Shown: positions 11,851 to 39,958 of the stretch, one piece after another
How the letters are laid out: each line of letters begins with the position of its first letter
Numbering within the stretch: the stretch's first letter is position 1
Notes under the pieces: model-generated
What the model saw: only the letters and a program-made list of their open reading frames with translations
The model's database searches: none
What the model was told of the DNA's origin: nothing
NCBI GenBank assembly: GCA_020137815.1
Contig: CM035350.1
Coordinates: 9,672,001-9,736,000 of the forward strand
DNA: 64,000 nt
Direction: 5' to 3'
Origin: Hormiphora californensis
Lineage: Eukaryota; Animalia; Ctenophora
Made by a program: the position numbers and the translations under genes

Positions 11851-12537
11851 ACCAACTAATTATCATATGAAGATATTTTATAATACGCGAGGGACTGAGA
11901 AAGATAAGAAAGATAGGGACTGTATTGTTCAGATGATTTGTGTAAATAATATGCAATTTAATTCAGAACTCTAAAACAATAAAACATTCGTCGTCAGGCT
12001 CATAGGCCACGGAAACACAAAACACGACGTAACGCGCAACACCGAACGATCCTCTCGTGGACAGCATCGCGCGTTGTCCATCAGTTGCCATAACGACGCG
12101 CTTTGACCGCGCAAATTCAGCGCCGCGCTTACAATTCTTGGCCGTGCAGCGCCGCGCATATTAAATTTTAAAAACGGGATGAAACCAAAACCAGATTTTA
12201 GTTTTTTTCGCGCATTTCCGGCGGAAATCTTCCGCTCTTCGCTGGTCGTTTCTGGGCGGCATATGCGTGCCCAATCACTTATTCTGTTAAATCTTAGCCT
12301 GGCAATTGAATCTGCATTAATAATATTTAAAAAAAGCGTTAAAATTTTGATTTAAAACATAATTTTCAAGAAAAAGTCGCTAAAATCATACACTTTAAAT
12401 ATAGCTTGAACACTATCTAGTGATTTTTCTTGTTACTCCTTTAAGGAAATAAAATGGATGCTGAATACTGGTTGCAGTACGAATAAAGGTCTTATATTAG
12501 GAGGATCCGACAAAAAAAACATCCACAAGAACTCGCA

Positions 12538-13699
12538 ATGAACTGTTACAGAATCCGACCCTCCCACCTCGTCGTATTAGCCTTGATCGGGTTCTACATT
12601 TTCATGGTAGACATCAAGTTCTTGTTAAAGGGCGAATATGCCTCTGAAGATCTGATGTCGATGTGCAACAAACGGCACAATTACCCATTATCTATCACCA
12701 GTATCACCAAGAATTCTGGTGCTTATATTAGAGAGTGGCTGGAGTACCACATTCTACAGGGAGTAGACCACTTTTATCTGCTCGACAACCAGTCTACAGA
12801 CAATCTGAGGGAGGTACTCCAGCCTTACATAGAGCAGGGACTAGTAACTCGGATCCCTTGGGAGGACGGGGAGTATAGGGACGCCAAGCTATATAAAGCC
12901 CTCAACACTCAACAGAAGGGTATCGTGTATGCGCTCAGTTTGTATGGCTGTAACTCCCAGTGGACTGCACTAATTGATGACGACGAGTTCCTTCTTCCTA
13001 AGGGTGATCGAACAATCAAAACGATTCTCAATGATTATGTAGAGTATGGTGGGTTGGCTGTTGGTTGGGCCTGGTTTGGGAGTAACAACCACACAGTGAA
13101 ACCAGACTCTCTTGTCATTGAGGCCTACACAAAGCGCCGTGCTGAGCTGGACATTCTCTACAAGGCAATCATTCAGCCTCGGTATTTCAAGCGGCTGAAA
13201 GTGATTCATTATCCGGTCATGGATTCGGAGCACGCTCTTGTCACAGGAGCATTTTAACGTTGTTTCAACTCTACCCGAGCATATACATGGGATGGCATAC
13301 ACACTCAACAAACCCACCAGCGACTTTATCCAGGTAAATTCACCCCTTGATAACAGATAATTAACATGACGTGTCCCTAACTTGGGTGTTTAGTACACAA
13401 TGTAAGGGACAGAGACACGCTATAACCACCACCACACATTGTTTCATATTGTGAAGTTTCATCACCCTCTTCTTCACAAAATACCTAATAGGTAGTCACT
13501 ACCTATTCTATTGCAGGTGAACCATTACAAAGTGAAAAGTCGCCAAGAGTGGCTGGAGAGGGTGGGCAGTAGGGGAGCCTCGGCTGGTCCCAGATGGAGG
13601 GACAGTGTTAAGGATTTCTTAAAGTGGGACTATAATGATGTCATCGATCTCGATATCCTTAAATTCCTCCCGGCACTAAAGAAGCGGCTTGTTTCTTAA
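12538..13699 (+). CDS. Type II membrane glycosyltransferase, GT92/DUF23-like
   Basis: N-terminal TM, KNSGAYIREWLEYHILQGVDHFYLLDN, DDDEFL and NHYKVKSRQEW motifs. Exons 12538-13333 and 13517-13699. One extra base near 13246 (ACAGGAGCAT) must be removed to keep the frame. Confidence 0.8.
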
Positions 13700-14167
13700 C
13701 CAGGGGGGACTGATCTGAGCTGAGAGAGAAAGAGAGGGCGAATGAGTGAGTGAGTGAGAGTGAGTGATAGTGCGTTTTATTTGTGTAATATGTTTAATTT
13801 TATATCAAATAATATATCTTTTGAATTATGATATGACCTAGCCTGAGTTTTTATGACAGGATGACAAGGACTAGGTATTTTATATCAATACAGTAGTAAC
13901 AGAAGTCTAGCCCGCTAAAAATAATTCCCCGGACTGACAAATGGAGAAATAATTTATTGATGACCTCTAAATTCTATTGGACTTACAGTTACTGAACTAA
14001 GATAATAAATACTTTACTTTTCCTAGGTTTAGAAATGGGTCCAATCCAAGAAATTCGACACAATATCTTCACTACAAGACACATAACATACATACCTTAT
14101 CCCATAACCAACTACCTTCCCCTTTCTAGTTAATGTACAACTAGTGGATTAGCCCCGTTCACACAAT

Positions 14168-19925
<5,758 letters not shown>

Positions 19926-20747
19926 GTAAGTTACTACACATGATGTATGCTTGTCTGTGTATACACGTGTGAGAGTTGTGTAGACTGTAATTGAGAGATA
20001 CTCAGAGAGACAGGTCTCTGACTACTGAGGGAATTATAGTACATGTGGGTAATTATGTTTCGTGTGTATTTACCTAACCCGCTTATTTTTTCAGATTTTC
20101 CATCCTGAAGAAAGGAAAGAAGTGAAGAACGAGGATAGAGAGAAAGAGGGAAGGAGAGAAGGAGTGATTGTTTGTTATAGACATTGTGTATTTTTCTAAC
20201 ACCAGAGGCGGATGTACATTATTGTAAAAGACACTGCGAGTTGCTGCTGTTAGTTGTGTTTGAGAGATTTTACTTTGAACTAAAGACAATACACATCGTA
20301 GAATACACATGGTATTACACATGGTAGAAAGAGAGCTGCTATTGTTGCTTAATTATAAACCACCCGAAATACCACATTTGTTAGTTCGTCTTTATCCATA
20401 TACACCATAGCCCAGTACACATGTATCACATGTACCAGTGTATCACGTCTCAATACACGGATTAAAAACACACACATTGTGTGTTGTCTGCCAAGTCACT
20501 GTGTTTACACAATAACAAGTGTGTGTGTGTATGTGTGTGTATGTGTGTGTATGTGACTGTACACGTGTTATGATAATGATAGTGTGATATAATTGTAATA
20601 TCCCCCCTTCAATTAGTTCACTTCTACAAAATAACGTCTCCTCAAAGTGTCTATCCTGCAATTCTAACTACAACACAATGTATAACCCCGGCTCCCTCTC
20701 CCAGCGAACACACTAGCCAGCTGCTCTCTCCCTCTCCAGCAGTTACC

Positions 20748-23700
20748 ATGTCTGCCTTCGAGGAACTTGGCATAATGCCAGAGATTTGTGGAGCGCTGGA
20801 GAACATGGACTGGCTGCTACCAACTGATGTCCAGCAGGAAGCCATCCCCTTGATTCTTGGTGGAGGTGATGTGCTCATGGCCGCTGAGACGGGGAGCGGG
20901 AAAACAGGGGCCTTCTGTTTACCTGTCATACAGATTGTACATGAAACTAAAACCGAAGGTAAACCCCATAGATCTTGTAGAGATTGTATTGAATCGAAGT
21001 TCGATTCGAACCATCTGACATGATAATATGAAAAGTACTGTCGTCCAATAGCATCAGTACATATTGGGGGCTTGGAGTACCGGGAGTTAATCCTCTAATT
21101 TCCCACACAGGTCCCGGCCAGAAGAAAAAGAATAGTGGTGGTGGTAGCTTTGCGATGAGTACTACAGACAGGGACCCTGCATTCGAGATAAAGGGAGTGG
21201 ATGTTCAAAACCCTGATCAGTATCGGTGGCAGGGAGGGAGATCAGAGAGGGGTGTGCTATCTGGGAAACACTACTACGAAGTTACAATAACTGATAATGG
21301 ACTGTGTAGGATCGGGTTTGCTACTGCAGATGCCTTCCAGGAACTAGGCAAGGATGCGTTCGGGTTTGGGTTCGGTGGCACAGGCAAAAAGAGCAATTCT
21401 GGCCGGTTTGATACGTATGGAAGTTCGTTTGGTAAAGGAGATGTAATGGGATGTTTTATCGATCTTGAGGAGAACACGATAGCTTACTCTAAAAACGGCC
21501 GCTTCTTCGACATAGCTTTTGATATCCCAGGGAGTCTCCAGGGGGAGGCATTCTTCGTTGCATGCACGCTGAAGAACTCTTCTCTCACATTTAACTTTGG
21601 GGAGAGTGGACCCTTCAAACATCCTCCTGGGTTCGGATATCAGCCCATCTGTAAAGCAACACATGTAGCGACTAACAAGAAGCAGGCCAGAAAGAGGACG
21701 GGTCCAATGGCTATCATCTTGGAGCCAAGTAGGGAGTTGGCCGAACAGACTCACAACCAGATCAACCTTTTCAAGGGTGGGTTGGATTTGAAGAGTGGTG
21801 TTGTGATGGGCGGTACACCGGTTAAGGACCAGGTTGCGATGTTGGAGAGGGGTGTTGACCTACTGACGGGTACCCCGGGGAGATTGCAAGATCTCATTGA
21901 TACTGGCCATCTGAAACTGGATAACGTGAGGTTCTTTATCCTAGATGAGGCGGACGGGTTGCTACAAAATGATTGCAAGAATCTCATCCTCAAGATGTAT
22001 GATACCTTTGATAAGTTGATCGATGGTAAGAGGTTACAAGCTGGTGGTTTGTTCTGCAACCCTTCCATAACTATGACGTCAAGAAGCTCGCTAATGAAAT
22101 AATGCACTTCCCGACCTGGGTAGACCTGAAGGGTGCAGATGTGGTTGCAGAGACGGTTCCATCATGTCATCTGTAAGGTAGATCCAGTGGCGGATAGATC
22201 ATGGTACTACAGGACCGGGGGGTAAAGGTAAAAACTGATGGAGTCCACCAGAGGGATGACCTGAGTCAGCGGGATCTGTCCCTGTCTGAGGCGACCAAGC
22301 TGCTGAAAGCTAAATATCTCCTGGCTGCCGTTGACAAACTGAAGCATGGAACAATGCATTATTTTCTGCCGGACCAAGATTGATTGTGATAACTTGGAGA
22401 GGTACCTGAGGAAGATTGATGCGGAGAAGTACAGCTGTACCTGTCCTTCACTGGTGATAGACGGCCCAATGAGAGATCAGCTAACTTGCAATCGTTCAAG
22501 GATGGCAAAGCGAAGTTTCTAATCTGTACTGATGTAGCTGCAAGGGGAATCGATGTCAAGGGGATTCCTTTTGTTATTAATTACACCCTTCCAGATGAGA
22601 CACTGAGTTTCATACATCGAACCGGTTAGTTAGTACCTAGTTAGTAACTAGTTTGTACCTAGTAGACCCCCACTGATCTACCTGATCGTTATCTGAGGGT
22701 GTTATAACCTACCCCTCTCCACCACCCTCTCACAACCACCCTCTCACAACCACCCTCTCACAACCACCCTCTCACAACCACCCTCTCACAACCACCCTCT
22801 CACAACCACCCTCTCACAACCACCCTCTCACAACCACCCTCTCACAAGTCACAACCACCCTCTCACAACCCCCCCCCCCTCAGGTCGTGTGGGTCGGGCA
22901 GAGAGGATGGGTCTTGCTATCTCCCTGTGTAGTACTGTTAAGGAGAAGGTGTGGTATCACAGCAACTGTAGCAACAGGGGTAAAGGGTGCTATAACACTC
23001 ATCTAACTGAGCATGGTGGCTGCTGTATCTGGTATGACGAGGGTAAATGTCTCAAGTGAGTAGTGTAGGGTGATACACATAGTGATACGTTAAATTGGTT
23101 GTATTGTGTGTATTGCACATTTATTGAGACGTTATTGTGTGTGTGTGTGTGTGTTTGTCCCTACTAAAAACGGAAGTAATGTACAACTGCTAAGTAATTA
23201 TAAGTGGAATTATTACAACAATTACTGCACCATGTGTTATACACTGTTGTCCACCTGTATGTATCTGACAATGAAGTACACCTGTGATGTGGAACTGAGC
23301 ATGTAATATGAGACATATACACTGCGATTATCACCAGACATGTCCATCTCTTTTTCATTGTCTCAGACAGACGTGTGATCATTCTTTCATTTGTTCTTGC
23401 TCCCCCTCTCACTATCTCTCAAGACAGTATTACATACGGGATCCCGTATAATCGGACTCTACGTATAATACATCTTCTTCAGGGATCTAGAGGATTATAT
23501 TGATCATACCCTGCCCCTCGTGGACGCTTCTTTTTCAATTCCAGTTAACGAATTTGACGGTAAGACCATTAGTATTTTGTGCTATCAGAAACAACTTGAC
23601 AGTTACTCATAACTTGAGTCGCCTGTCACAGTGTCCTCGCTCGTATGAACGATTCAACTCATAACTCCAGATGTGCATCAGATGAGTGTGATCAAATGTT

Positions 23701-24043
23701 CAGAGTTAGCGAGGTTTTGTTTACACCGGACTGTGTAAGACGGAACGCGCGGAGCCCGCCTTTCAGAGTATCAGCAGTGTAGCGTTTGCGGCGCGTACAT
23801 TTGGCTTATTTTTAGGGCAGGCCCGAATTCTCCAGGTTAAATCACCTGATGTGTGATGTCATTTACCTTCCCTAATAATCACACTATGTTTCAGGTAAAG
23901 TTACGTATGGGGAGAGGAGGAAAGCAGGAGGTGGAGGGGTCACCTATCAAGGCCATGCATTGGAAATTGCTGCAAGTGTCGCAGAACTTTATGAGCTAGA
24001 AAAACAATGTCAAACCGCGTATATGTCGCTGAAAGTTGTGTAG
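20748..24043 (+). CDS. DDX1: ATP-dependent RNA helicase DDX1 (DEAD box with SPRY insertion)
   Basis: [29 protein letters not shown] ([12 protein letters not shown]), [13 protein letters not shown] and [15 protein letters not shown]. Exons 20748-20958, 21111-22624, 22884-23055, 23483-23559 and 23895-24043. Several apparent single-base insertions at 22040-22440. Confidence 0.93.
22715..22872 (+). repeat. 14-bp minisatellite (CACCCTCTCACAAC)n just upstream of a DDX1 acceptor
   Basis: About 10 tandem copies ending ~10 nt before CAG at 22881-22883. Confidence 0.9.
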
Positions 24044-24486
24044 GGGTTTTAATTCAACATATTCTTCTCAGATAAAACAAATAAAGTTCATCAATTATTA
24101 TTATTAGGGTCGCCCCATCACACTGCCCTCTCCTCTCGGCCCCTTTAGGACCACCCCTAACTCAACAAGCACTTTCGAGTATCAATCGGGGCGACCCTAT
24201 TTAGGCATGGGGATTCTTCTCCTGGCAGGCCAATGCTCTGACCGCTGTTCTCGCACGAAATGAGAATGGGGTCAATGCTCTGGCAGTTCCTCTCAATGTA
24301 TGAAACACAAGGCTACCCTGTAAACAATTATACTGGGTACCAAGACTCCCACCAAGTCATCTCCTCTCTGTCATTCGTCCAATTTACAACGTCTCTACAT
24401 CCTGTAATTTATCTCTCTCACAGTCACTAAGTTAGATTCTTCCTTGCCTCGTCAGTCCAATAAGATTGTAACTCTCTGTTCATCTC

Positions 24487-26564
24487 TCACTTGCATCCAC
24501 ACTCAGTCAATACAATGTTCGGCAGCACTAGGACATCTGCCCCGCCTCTATCCCGTACTAACACCTTGAGATCCCGCATTTTGGAGGGGCTGCAACACAG
24601 GTGTTTATCAGGCATGAGGAGAGAGTGATGATGCTGCTCCATCCACAGTTTACCACACTCGCCAAGACACAATCCGGCGTTAAAGTACCGGGGCTCAATC
24701 ACTATCCTCTCCAAACCCAGTTCTGCAAAGGTAATGTAGTGCTCCTTGTAGCAACATCGGTTGGGGTATTGAGTACACACTTGGGAGGAATACCTCTTTT
24801 GTCGGTAGTTTAGTCCCCCTCCTCCCTGTCCCGCGTGTGTGAGGGGTATACGAAGTGTGATGAATGGGGATAAAGCATGGCCATCACATACCACAAGACC
24901 TTCATTTGTGTGTGGGTTCTCTGTCCATTGTCTCCAAATGGACCGAATATCATTAGATGTTATCTTCCTTCCTGACCTCCTTATTCTCAGGTTGGACCCG
25001 TGATGAAGGGTCGCCTCAAATCCAGGATACAGGGGTGTTGTGTCATCAGGCGTCCACTGGTACCCAATACATGAGCAGTTGATTCTATCTGTAAAGGAAT
25101 ACATCAAGTTGGTAAGCATGTTTCAAATTCAATACTTTTGCTTTTGACTATGTTGAGAAAGGGGTTACAAGAATAGTATCTCAGAAGGTGCAATGGAATA
25201 GTTGAGCAAATACTTACTGGAAGTAGGGAATAACATGCGTTCCTTGTATTTGGGTTTGGTAACAGGTCTGTCACTCCCCTCCCACTGATAACTATCTTCT
25301 TCCTCCTCCTGTAGAACATGGAGTTAGACTAGTAAGAGAGTTAGGGAGAGATTAAGAAAGAGATAGTGAGAGAGAGAGATACAGAGATTAGACTGGGAGG
25401 GGGCATATTTAAATCCCAAGCAGATAAACTCAATGTGACTCATGGTTGTATGAACTATAAATATAATTTTGGGTCGCTGGGATCGCTCCCACGCAGAATT
25501 AGAAACGGCTAGAGATATAGGCTACAGTGATTGTGAGGGACCATATACTATTTTTGTCACGGTCGGTATAATATGACCTCCCACGCATTGAAAATAACCG
25601 CATGTATGAACGCTATGATAAAGTCGGATTTTTTGAAGTTGTCACCCCCCCTTTTCGTGCGCGGAATGTTTTTGTGTGTCACATCTGACATCACATGTTA
25701 ACGTGTGGTGTGCGCGTCAAAATTGATAAATTTCACATACGCTGTCATTTGGGGGTGACAACTTCAAAAAATCCGACTTTAGTTGACACTAAGATAAGAT
25801 GAGAGTGGGCCGAAGCAGAATTGTACAAGATTGATATAGGCTAGGTAGTAGAGAATAGCTCTGAGAATTTTCCCGCTCTCAAAAGACAAATTCATCGCTG
25901 ATCCTATATATATTATTGGTTACGAAGTCACCCCTTAATATGGGGCGCTCGCGCGGTGGGGTAATTTCATTACCAATATATGTATATATGTTAGAAGAAG
26001 ACACTTTCTCCTTGTGTGAATGAACTGTAAGCGAATAAGTCTCGAAGTAGCTTTTTAAATTCGCAACAATAACGAACACTAACCAGAAAAGCAGCCCGGG
26101 CTGTTTCTATCTGATCCTTGGAAAGGTTTTCTGAAGGATCCGATCCGTTTGTAGGAACTGATTTCAACTTCAACTTCGCCAGCAGTTGTATCTATGTAGG
26201 GAGATATGGGTTCATTTTCCAGGGAGGGGAATAACTTAAAAAAGTACCAATTTTCATGGAATGGCTATATCAAATTTCAGTCCTCACCAACATGACTGGC
26301 TGTAAGGCACTGGCAGTACTTCTTCCCGGCAACCCTCCCCCACACCGGCACCCTCCCCCACACCGGCACCCTCCCCACCCGGTAAAATATATCACTCACT
26401 AGAACGGCCTCCCTTTTTCTCTCCACCAGCTCCTGATAGGTGCAATCCACTGTTGGGTTCGTTTGGGCAGCAGTAGTTTGGGCACCAGTGGTAGTGGCAG
26501 CAGGAGGCGTCAGGCAGAGTGAGGGTAGTAACAGGGAGACTGATAAAAGGAAACAACGGAACAT
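24487..26564 (-). CDS. TGF-beta superfamily ligand, 9-cysteine TGF-beta/activin type
   Basis: Exons 26564-26400, 26191-26084, 25308-25218 and 25088-24487. Signal peptide, prodomain ELVERKREAVL|IQLLAKLKL, furin site RQKR, mature domain C..CC..CLGEC..CCSP..CGC. Confidence 0.88.
25619..25781. mobile_element. ~160-bp MITE, copy 2 (in TGF-beta intron)
   Basis: Same TIR and internal sequence as 7698-7853. Confidence 0.85.
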
Positions 26565-27158
26565 ATTACTCCATGCAGCACTGAAAAAGGTAACTAGTGG
26601 AGGGTGGTACGCGTTGCCACACCCCTACAGCTGTAACATACTGATACAGAGCGAAATGGGAAGACTTGTATCGAGAGATCTCTCCCTATCATCTTTCTCC
26701 TTCTCTCTATCTCACTTTCATCTCCCCCTCTCAGTCACTCTCTTTCTCTCTCACTCTCCTATTTCCCACACTTCACTGATCACAATGAAAAAGGAATGCC
26801 AAAGAGACCGAAAGTAGGCTTCAATTTTGAAGGAACTGAGAAAGGAGCATGATAATGAAAATAAACATGAAAATAGGGGACAGAATAGTTCAAGTTTTGA
26901 TAAAAATTTACGTGGGCGGGGCCACCGTAACTCGAGGGGGGGGGGGTGGAGTGGAATAATTTTGTCCTAGCTAGCGTGTTTGTCAGCACGGTGTGGGTTA
27001 TGCCGACTCCGCGACACATTGTGACAAACAGACGCACATGCTTCAAGTGTGTAACAATGTAACATTGTAGTAGCACGCAGCTCAGAGAAATATATACAGT
27101 CCTCACAAGGAGGGGAATCAAGAGCATATGAGAATGATGTATTACAATCGACCCTCTC

Positions 27159-27229
<71 letters not shown>

Positions 27230-27235
27230 TCACTC

Positions 27236-27310
<75 letters not shown>

Positions 27311-28227
27311 TTCTCTCCCTAAATTCTCTCTCCTATCTTCAGTCATTCTAACTTTCTCGAACTCACTCATTTTTATTTCCCTCCCCCTCTCTATCACACA
27401 TATATCTGACTCATCCAACACTCACTTAGCACACGTGTTAGTTCAAAATCTCTCTCCTCTCTCTCTTTCCCTCCCCTCTCTCACTCCTCTCTGTGCTGCG
27501 GTCAAAAGGAGTCACTCTGACAGACCACCAGTTCCCAGGGTTCATGCGATAAACAGTCAATCACAGTCACAAGAAACGGATTTATGGGGTACTCTAGGTT
27601 ACACGTGAATTTGATTGGGAGCGGTGTCTTTGTGAAGATTTGGGGCGGGGCAGAGCTGAGAGCCTCCCAAATGAACCCAGGTCTCTCACATTCCTTCTCT
27701 CCCACACACTCTTTCCATCCTGTTATCAATCCTTCCTATGCAGATAGGATTACAACAGCGCTCCTACTATTGAGCCTCGATCTAGGCTATAACACATCAC
27801 CTCGAGGTGATAGACCGAGACCAAAGACCAACTTAAAGAGAGACATGTCTGGCGGCGCCTGATTTGACAGTGCGGCAAGATGGGGTCTGCGGTGCCAGAC
27901 AGAGAGAGACAGAATTTGTTGAGTACTCAACAACAATGGAGTCTTGGAGAAAGAATACAGTGCCCTAAATACTGTATCGGTTACGTCAACATGTATAATT
28001 TGGATAACGTTATGTTATTCAAATTATAGTATCATGATGATGTCATTAATAAGAGGCTACCATGCAGGGTGGACGGTGGTTACATAGACACGTTATTGCA
28101 AGATCGAAAGGCTGGGTGGTCGGAGAAGGCTATGACGGATCCAATCTGCACTGCACAGGCCCACCTGTTACGTAACCCTTTGTAGTAGTAATATGTTCAG
28201 ACACGATCATGAGAGAAAAATTGTCAA

Positions 28228-28613
28228 AGGGTCGTTTGAATTTTTGAGATTTTTGTGGTTAAAATTGGCACAATTTTGGCGCCAATACTCAGTTTTTCGA
28301 CATATTTTTTAACTTAAAACTGAATCATAATAGCAGTTTAGTAATTTAAATAGGTAGATTTCATGTTTTACCTTCACATTAACTTTTGTACTAGAACACA
28401 AGGAAAATTTCTGTTCAGAATTTTTATTTTTGGTAGAAAAACACAAGGATTGTTTCTATTCCAAATTTTCGAATGGAAATTTTTCCTTTTTATGAGATTT
28501 TTGAGAAAAATTTGCGGGTTTTCCCCGAAAAATCGCAAATTTGCCTCAAAAATCTCAAAAATCCCACGTTATTTAGCCAAAAATCGAAAATCTCAAAAAT
28601 CCCAGCTACCCTG
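28228..28613. mobile_element. Degenerate MITE
   Basis: Imperfect inverted ends GGGTCGTTTGAATTTTTGAGATTTT ... AAAATCTCAAAAATCCCAGCTACCC with an AT-rich interior. Confidence 0.5.
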
Positions 28614-29710
28614 AAAATCGCCAATGAGGCATGAGATTCTTGCGGCAGGCCCCCCCCCATGTGTGGTCATTGTCACACATAATTATCCACCACTTGACGC
28701 CTAATATTACGCGGCGACCTGTTAGACAATTCCCAGATTTAGCCTAACCAGCCAATTATCACACTCACTGACTACCTTGTGCACTGCATCTCCCGAACAG
28801 CCCTGTGACACAATGTCAAACTCTCATTAGGGCTGGGGAGGGAGCCATATGTCAACAACGGCCACCATTTTACTTTTAGGAATTTGTTCCTCCCTATCGC
28901 CTATGCCACACTGAAGTACTATACCTTGGATTTGGTATATTAGCACGGCCCAGGAGCTTCCCACACTTTGTTGAGTAACAACCCACACTACAATTGAGTT
29001 GCCGTTGTCAGACACGATCATGAGAGAGATATAATTTAAAAGAGGGGGTCGTGTCTGACAATTCTACCGATAAAAGACGTTTATTTCTTTTCAAAAATAT
29101 TGAAAGGCGTTAACACTGAGAAAATATCTTCTTAACATATCTCAACAACTCTCTCTCTCTCTGCAGCTTAAACAACTGAATACCATAACATTGTTGTGTT
29201 AAATGTTAATCAACAAATTTAACACGCATGATATAGGCGGCCTAGACTAAGTCCTAGACAGGGTGGGTCACTGGGCTATAATGAAACCAGCGAACCACCT
29301 CTTTATTGTTTCACTGAAACACACAACAGTAAACTAAATGTTAACAGATCTACACTCAGCTCAAATACGGGACTCAAGTGTATCTAACTTCATAGAAAAT
29401 ATCCCGTTCCGTTCCAACCTTCCCTCAGCAAGCCCTTCAGCTACTACCCATTATAGTAACCCCGGCATATGTTTTAAATTGTCAATAATATCCGTGTTCA
29501 TGTTATGTATGATAACATCTCGCATATCACTCACCTGTCAGAGCATTGGCTTGACCCTATTCTCCTTTCGAGAACTGTGGTCAGAGCATTGGCCTGACAG
29601 TCACTCACTCACTCACACAAAATTCAGTTGTAGTAATTGAAACCCAATATATATCACGGATAAAAACTCGTTCAACTTGTAGGGCGTAGCGATCATCAAA
29701 CTTAAAATAA

Positions 29711-29775
29711 CTGTCTGGCGCTGCCATCCCCCTTTTGATTCGACAGTGCGCTCAGATCGGCGGTGTGCCAGACAG
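29711..29775. repeat. Dispersed ~60-bp hairpin element family (TGTCTGGCG...CGCCAGACA)
   Basis: Related copies at ~27846-27902, 49177-49246, 62825-62873 and 62901-62961 share inverted ends and a TTTGATTC..AGTGCGCTCAGAT core. Confidence 0.7.
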
Positions 29776-30074
29776 AAACATCAGGTGTTTGTTTGTGAGG
29801 AGTCTGCAGCAAACGGTCGGCCCAGTGGCACTTGTAGTGTTAATGTGGCGTGTAAATAAAAAAGGGGTTTGAGTACAAAAAGAGAAGTGTATAAAAGATG
29901 CCCTCTCTATCTCTCGATTTCTTCTCTCTTTCTCTATCTCTTTCTCGGCGAGACAGATTTCTGACACACCAGTAAAAAGCTATTTACAGGGGTTATGAGT
30001 CTTCTTAATAAATTAACTGTCCTTGTCCCGATATATATTAATTAAGCTCAGAAAATATATATTTCTCATTTCCT

Positions 30075-38677
<8,603 letters not shown>

Positions 38678-39324
38678 AAAACACTATGTCTTTAAGTCAT
38701 CCTATAAAGAGGGGTGACGGGGATTAGAGGAGCGGTTTAACTTGCTTTCTCTCTCTTTCTTTCTCTCTCTCTCTATCTCATTCCCTTGTCTGTCACTGCT
38801 CTACTCACTTTCTTATTCCCTCTTTCAATTTCAGCTTATACCCCTCTCTATGTCTCTATCCCTTTTTGATTTTTGACAGTTTCCTTCTCTTTAAGAATCT
38901 CCCATCAAATAAATAGGTTCAGTTACCTTACTATCCAATTAATCTCGATCTGCTTTAACTCCCTCCTTTACTCTCTCAAAATCTCTTTTCATTTTCTACA
39001 CACAATAGTTTTAGTGGAGTGCAGTAACAGCTGCTACGAAACCAAATGTATCACATTACTACAAAGTCACACATAAGGGCCATTATTATACACATTAACA
39101 CACACACAGAGGAATGAACTGCTACAGCCCATTTTCTCACAATTCCCGCGTTCATTCTGGGAGAGGAGGAGAATGCGTTCCAGCCGCTGATTTCTCCCAC
39201 CATGAAATGAGGTAAACAAAGAATGTCAGGAATGTCAGTCCAATTAACGCCTACATTTATACATCCCATTTACCACACAGACCTGTCCAAACTCCAACCA
39301 GAGTGTTTGGGTGGGAAATGTGTG

Positions 39325-39753
39325 CTAACTTGGGGCAGCAGCCATTTTGTCTCGTGCACTTTCCAGCTGTCCTATAAACCCCTCCAACTCTTCCTCATTC
39401 ATCTCACACAACACATCCTCCTTCCCAATAGCAAAGGAGAGTGTCACCAAGTTCTCATTGAGATTAGACATCCTGTTGCTGTCCAGTAACAACCTTGTCT
39501 GCCAGTCCACATCATGTAGGGTGCCCCTGTTTTCCTCCCGGGCTTCCCTTATCTCCATCACTAGCTCCCCATGGTGTTTTAACACATCATCATTATCGGT
39601 AAGTGACGTCTTCTTTTCCAGGTGTTTAGAGACCTCGGAAAGGGCAAGGATGGCAGCGGAGGGTGAGGGGAAGTGAGGGAAGAGTGTTGTTACATTGGTG
39701 TTGTTAGTTAGGACTTCTAGACAGCGTGAAACGTTCTCTTCATCAATGTTCAT
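39325..39753 (-). CDS. COMMD8: COMM-domain protein, COMMD8-like
   Basis: LHDVDWQTRLLLDSNRMSNLNENLVTLSF...EMNEEELEGFIGQLESA matches the COMM domain. An acceptor-like CTGCAG lies just before the ATG. Paralog assignment is tentative. Confidence 0.75.
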   Translation of the reverse strand: MNIDEENVSRCLEVLTNNTNVTTLFPHFPSPSAAILALSEVSKHLEKKTSLTDNDDVLKHHGELVMEIREAREENRGTLHDVDWQTRLLLDSNRMSNLNENLVTLSFAIGKEDVLCEMNEEELEGFIGQLESARDKMAAAPS

Positions 39754-39958
39754 CACTGCAGTAGGGAGGATAATTAACGTTGATATATCAGGGTGGAAGT
39801 AAATAGATCTGTCTTGAAAAGAATGTTACTAAGAATGAACTGAATGGTAAGTACGTATTTAACTAACTAAACACAGGTCACTTTGAAATAATCACAATAT
39901 GTCAAAACTTAATATACAGAAACTCACTATAAGATAAACACATTAATAAAACAACAAT

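Noticed and set aside
22040-22440. Multiple frameshifts in DDX1 (also GT92 ~13246, HSF ~35690, PAP2 ~40235, EGF/LamG exon 55850-57340) as pseudogenisation or RNA editing
   Set aside because: They look like isolated single-base insertions, often extending a short homopolymer, in otherwise well-conserved proteins without in-frame nonsense decay. This is typical of unpolished long-read consensus; short reads would settle it.
26320-26382. 18-bp triple repeat as the TGF-beta exon-1 donor
   Set aside because: The upstream GTGAGT at 26399 gives the conserved EAVL|IQLLAKL alignment, so the repeat is intronic.
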